A DNA stretch of 64,000 nt from Rhynchobatus australiae (Eukaryota): the NCBI GenBank assembly GCA_034780895.1, contig JAUZTB010000017.1:12875342-12939341 (forward strand), in the 5' to 3' direction. The notes under the pieces are model-generated. The model worked only from the letters and a program-made list of their open reading frames with translations. It ran no database searches and was not told where the DNA came from. A program made the position numbers and the translations under genes. Below, in pieces: positions 60,701 through 64,000 of the stretch; the first letter of the stretch is position 1; every line of letters begins with the position of its first letter.

Positions 60701-62504
60701 AACTTTTTGCCATAATGGAATGCAAATTTGGTTCGCCACACTCCAATGGTTTCCCACATGTCTGAACTCTACAGAAATATGTAAAAAGTCTTTGCAATGG
60801 AACACCCCCCCCCAAAAAAAAATGTACCAACCTCAGGAAGAACCCCCTGACCTGTTTTATTTTACTCGCCCCCTATCATGTATAATAACTACTCCATGTA
60901 CGTCGTGATTGGTGACCCTTCTCCTAATCACTTGGGACCATTTGGAGTTCAATTGAGCTGCCGTTGCTTACATTTTAACTTATTGCATAGAGGTTTATGT
61001 TTAAGTTAGTCACTTTGATTATAATTTAAATTTCACCTGGGGTAGGGGGTTGTTTGTCAGTCAATATTCGCCAGGCGATGGGCGAGTATGTCCGTTGTGC
61101 ACAGTGCCACTCTACTGGCCAATGTACCTACATGAAATTAACTGCGGGTAGAAGGCGAGGAATGGGCGGGCACATTTACCTGTGCAAGCGAAGTAAAGCT
61201 CTCTACTTCATTTGGATCTCTCGACGCGGAGACCCCACAAACAAACTCCCGTCACAATAAATGTTATCATACAGCTCCGGGACCTTTATTGGTATATAGA
61301 TGTAAATTGTAACTCCGGGAGAGACAGCATAAAAGACCCGCGTGGTGGGAAAAACGGGAGATCCTTTTGCGAGGAAGGAAAACGGAATATTAATGCAAAA
61401 GTGAACCGGTTCCAATTCATGAAATCGTTGAACCCTGATAGGACTTTTCTTGGTCGCCATGTGTGCAAACTACTTTTTGTTTTAATTTATTCAAATACTA
61501 TTGAGCGGGTTTTACTTTGCACAGTCTGTGGCATGTCACACGCACAGCCCTCTCTACTTTTTACATGTACAGTAATTATTAACATATGTCCTCATTGTCT
61601 GTACTTGGAAAGGCACCACGCCAGAAACAGCGTTTCTTTTACCCCATGGCTACACTTCCTGTTAATTGTATTTCCTCTGCCTTTCTGGGCTTAATTTAAC
61701 ATTCAATCCACAGTAACTCTGTCATTTATTTCAAATGGGATTGACCTAAACGTTCACATCAAAGATTTTGTTTTGCAATTGAAGGACAATAGGACAAATG
61801 TGCAATCAGCGTTCAACGTTGGGAAACCATGCTTCAATATAGTCGTGTTTTGTTTTGTACTTTTCGGTGACAGATAAATGCTGTGGAGCGTTATTACGCA
61901 ATGCTAGCGAATATCTTCAGACAGCAAATGAATTCCGTGTAGCCTTTGGCTGCGATTTAATGGCACTCGAAGGTGTGCTGCTGATCTCATTTCATCGCCT
62001 TCGTTTTCCTCCCTCGCGTATGCAATGGAGCTGCACTGGGAGTGTCTTTAGGTAGCTTACCTGTCACTTTGATGGAATTAAATGCAAAGTTGGTTGTTAT
62101 TTCAGAAATTCAGAGGATAAAATGAGACATCTTGGCTCTCTCGGAAATTTGTGCTACAATGTTCATTGTAGACCGCCCATCGATCAGTAATCCACTGTAA
62201 AGCAATTGGTTAGAATTGAATTTCTTTCTTGCTATTTCTTTTTACTTCACACCAATAATATCTTTGCACCCCAGCCCCCCCCATGTTGTGTTCACCTTAC
62301 GAAACAGATGCCAGCGCGTTTGTACATAGAAGGAGGTGTGAAAGTGCGTTCTTTGAGAGTGAGTGCGATTGTGCGAGAAAGAACATGCCCAAGTGTCAGT
62401 TTATGTTTAATGGCAAGCGTGGATGTGGGTGTAAACCGGCTGTGACTGACCCTGTACGTATGAGAGAAAGAGAGACAGACAGTAATGAGGAAATTTGGAA
62501 CAAA

Positions 62505-62775
62505 AGCGGAAATGCTGGAAATATTCAATAAACCAAGCAGCATCTGCGGAGGGAGTCACTGCATAAACGCTGCAATTGCAAAGTAGTGCAACAGTTGGCT
62601 ATTTCACTTTATTCAGAATTTCCAGCCGGGAATTAAACTCGACGAAATTTGAAGAGGAATAAAGCCCTTTTATTTCCACACCATACAAGTTTGCTTGCAC
62701 ACTGAATTTGTGATGTAATTTCCCGCCATAGATGCTGCCTGGCCTGCTGAGTTCCTCCAGCATTTTGTGTTCGTT
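62505..62775. mobile_element. Element of the same short family with imperfect inverted ends
   Basis: Left end ATGCTGGAAATATTCAATAAACCAAGCAGCATCTGCGG and right end CCATAGATGCTGCCTGGCCTGCTGAGTTCCTCCAGCAT are imperfect reverse complements. Confidence 0.55.
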
Positions 62776-62860
62776 CCCCCTGTAAGTGTTTGTAACTCTG
62801 CGTGCGAATGTCCGAGGGTGTGTCAGCCGTTCACGTTGCTGCAGTCTTAAGTGTGAGTAA

Positions 62861-62861
<1 letters not shown>

Positions 62862-62898
<37 letters not shown>
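62862..62898. repeat. (TG)n microsatellite
   Basis: Directly visible. Confidence 0.95.
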
Positions 62899-62899
<1 letters not shown>

Positions 62900-64000
62900 T
62901 TGCTCTCTCACACACATATATGGCGATTTCATTGCGCTCAAGTGCAAGGGATCGATAACACTAACCAATTTGAACAAGAAAAGAATGCCAACACAGCAAA
63001 TAATAAAAAACAGCGCCGACACCTCATGTAGTTGTGGTGTTCGTTAAAGAGCAAAATCAAATCATGTCCTTTCAGGAAGAATGACAAGCATTTGCAAGAA
63101 AGTATTCAGCGTACAACTCTGACTGGCGGTTCATCAATGTCTTTATTAAACTACAGCATGGAACAATAAATAATCACGGGCTTATTTCTTTTTTCAAAAA
63201 AAAGGCAGAACCCCAGATTTGAATTAGCCTTGTGATTTCTACCTTACAGATAACGCTTTTCCTTCTTATTGGCGCGGGTCGACCACAAAGGACTGGCTGC
63301 TGCTAATTACCTCTGATCTTCGCTGCAAAAGAAATTCTCAAAGCTAGCTCTAAATCAGTTGCGGGACAATTTGCATCATTTTAATAAATCACTTCTACTT
63401 GGAAGAATAAGGTGCCTTAACGAGCAAACTTGGGTCATCGCGGCACACCACAACTTAATGTCGGAAAGAATGTCAGAGGGATAATCGAGAAGAAAGATCA
63501 AAGATAAACGCAAAACAAATTACACTCAGGAAACGGCACATTTCATACATCTAGGTCTTATAGTTAATCGCATGGTCTAATCTTCATGGCAGTTTATCTT
63601 CATCTCAACTATTGGAAGAGTCCAATCTGAACCAGCAACGAAAACGTAATGAACCAAAATATGAAAACACAGAAAGTCTGACAACACTGAAGAGTTCTGC
63701 CGTTTTTTTTCCCCCCGTTGGGTTTCCGAGTTAGAATCACCGACCTTCCGGGGAACCACAAATGGCAGCATCTCCAGCCTCTCCTCGGCAATGTCGTCGT
63801 CCCCCCCACCCGCCCGAGCTGCGATGCCTCTGGTGGTTGGGAAGGCTAAAGATAAAGCTTCCAGAAAACCTGTTCTCAAAATCTTGGAACAGTTCTCCCG
63901 CGGAGTTTGCAATATGTCCCAGCACATCAGCCGCGCCTATGACGGAGACACTCACTGTACATGTACCGTGTACAGAATTACCCCTGCAGTCCACTTTAAA

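Noticed and set aside
61212-61694. 160-aa plus-strand ORF
   Set aside because: Non-ATG start (TTG), no recognisable motif, and a composition typical of random non-coding ORFs.

Overview
Eukaryotic genomic DNA from a gappy draft assembly. It comes from a cartilaginous fish, probably a ray or skate, inferred from HE1/V-SINE-, CR1/HER1-, Rex1/Babar-, RTE- and Deu-SINE-like repeats. The only protein-coding gene I can support is the homeobox gene emx2 on the minus strand. It has three coding exons (48068-47681, 46474-46290, 44069-43902) with GT-AG introns, giving a 741-nt CDS and a 246-aa protein. About 1-33 kb is a CpG-depleted, retroposon-rich gene desert 3' of emx2 containing a few enhancer-like islands. 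About 33.3-64 kb retains CpG, has few repeats and is dense in homeodomain/TCF/POU/Meis motif clusters, consistent with a methylation valley over a developmental regulator. The best leads are: (i) three tiny uORFs in a conserved emx2 5' leader block; (ii) an Otx/TCF/Smad motif cluster 3' of emx2 that may be the orthologue of the tetrapod forebrain enhancer; (iii) short TSD-flanked insertions with decayed hammerhead-ribozyme-like cores, repeatedly found in or next to CR1 LINEs; (iv) a near-perfect CTCF site upstream. There is no evidence for a new protein-coding system. Repeat family names and cross-species comparisons come from recall, not database searches.
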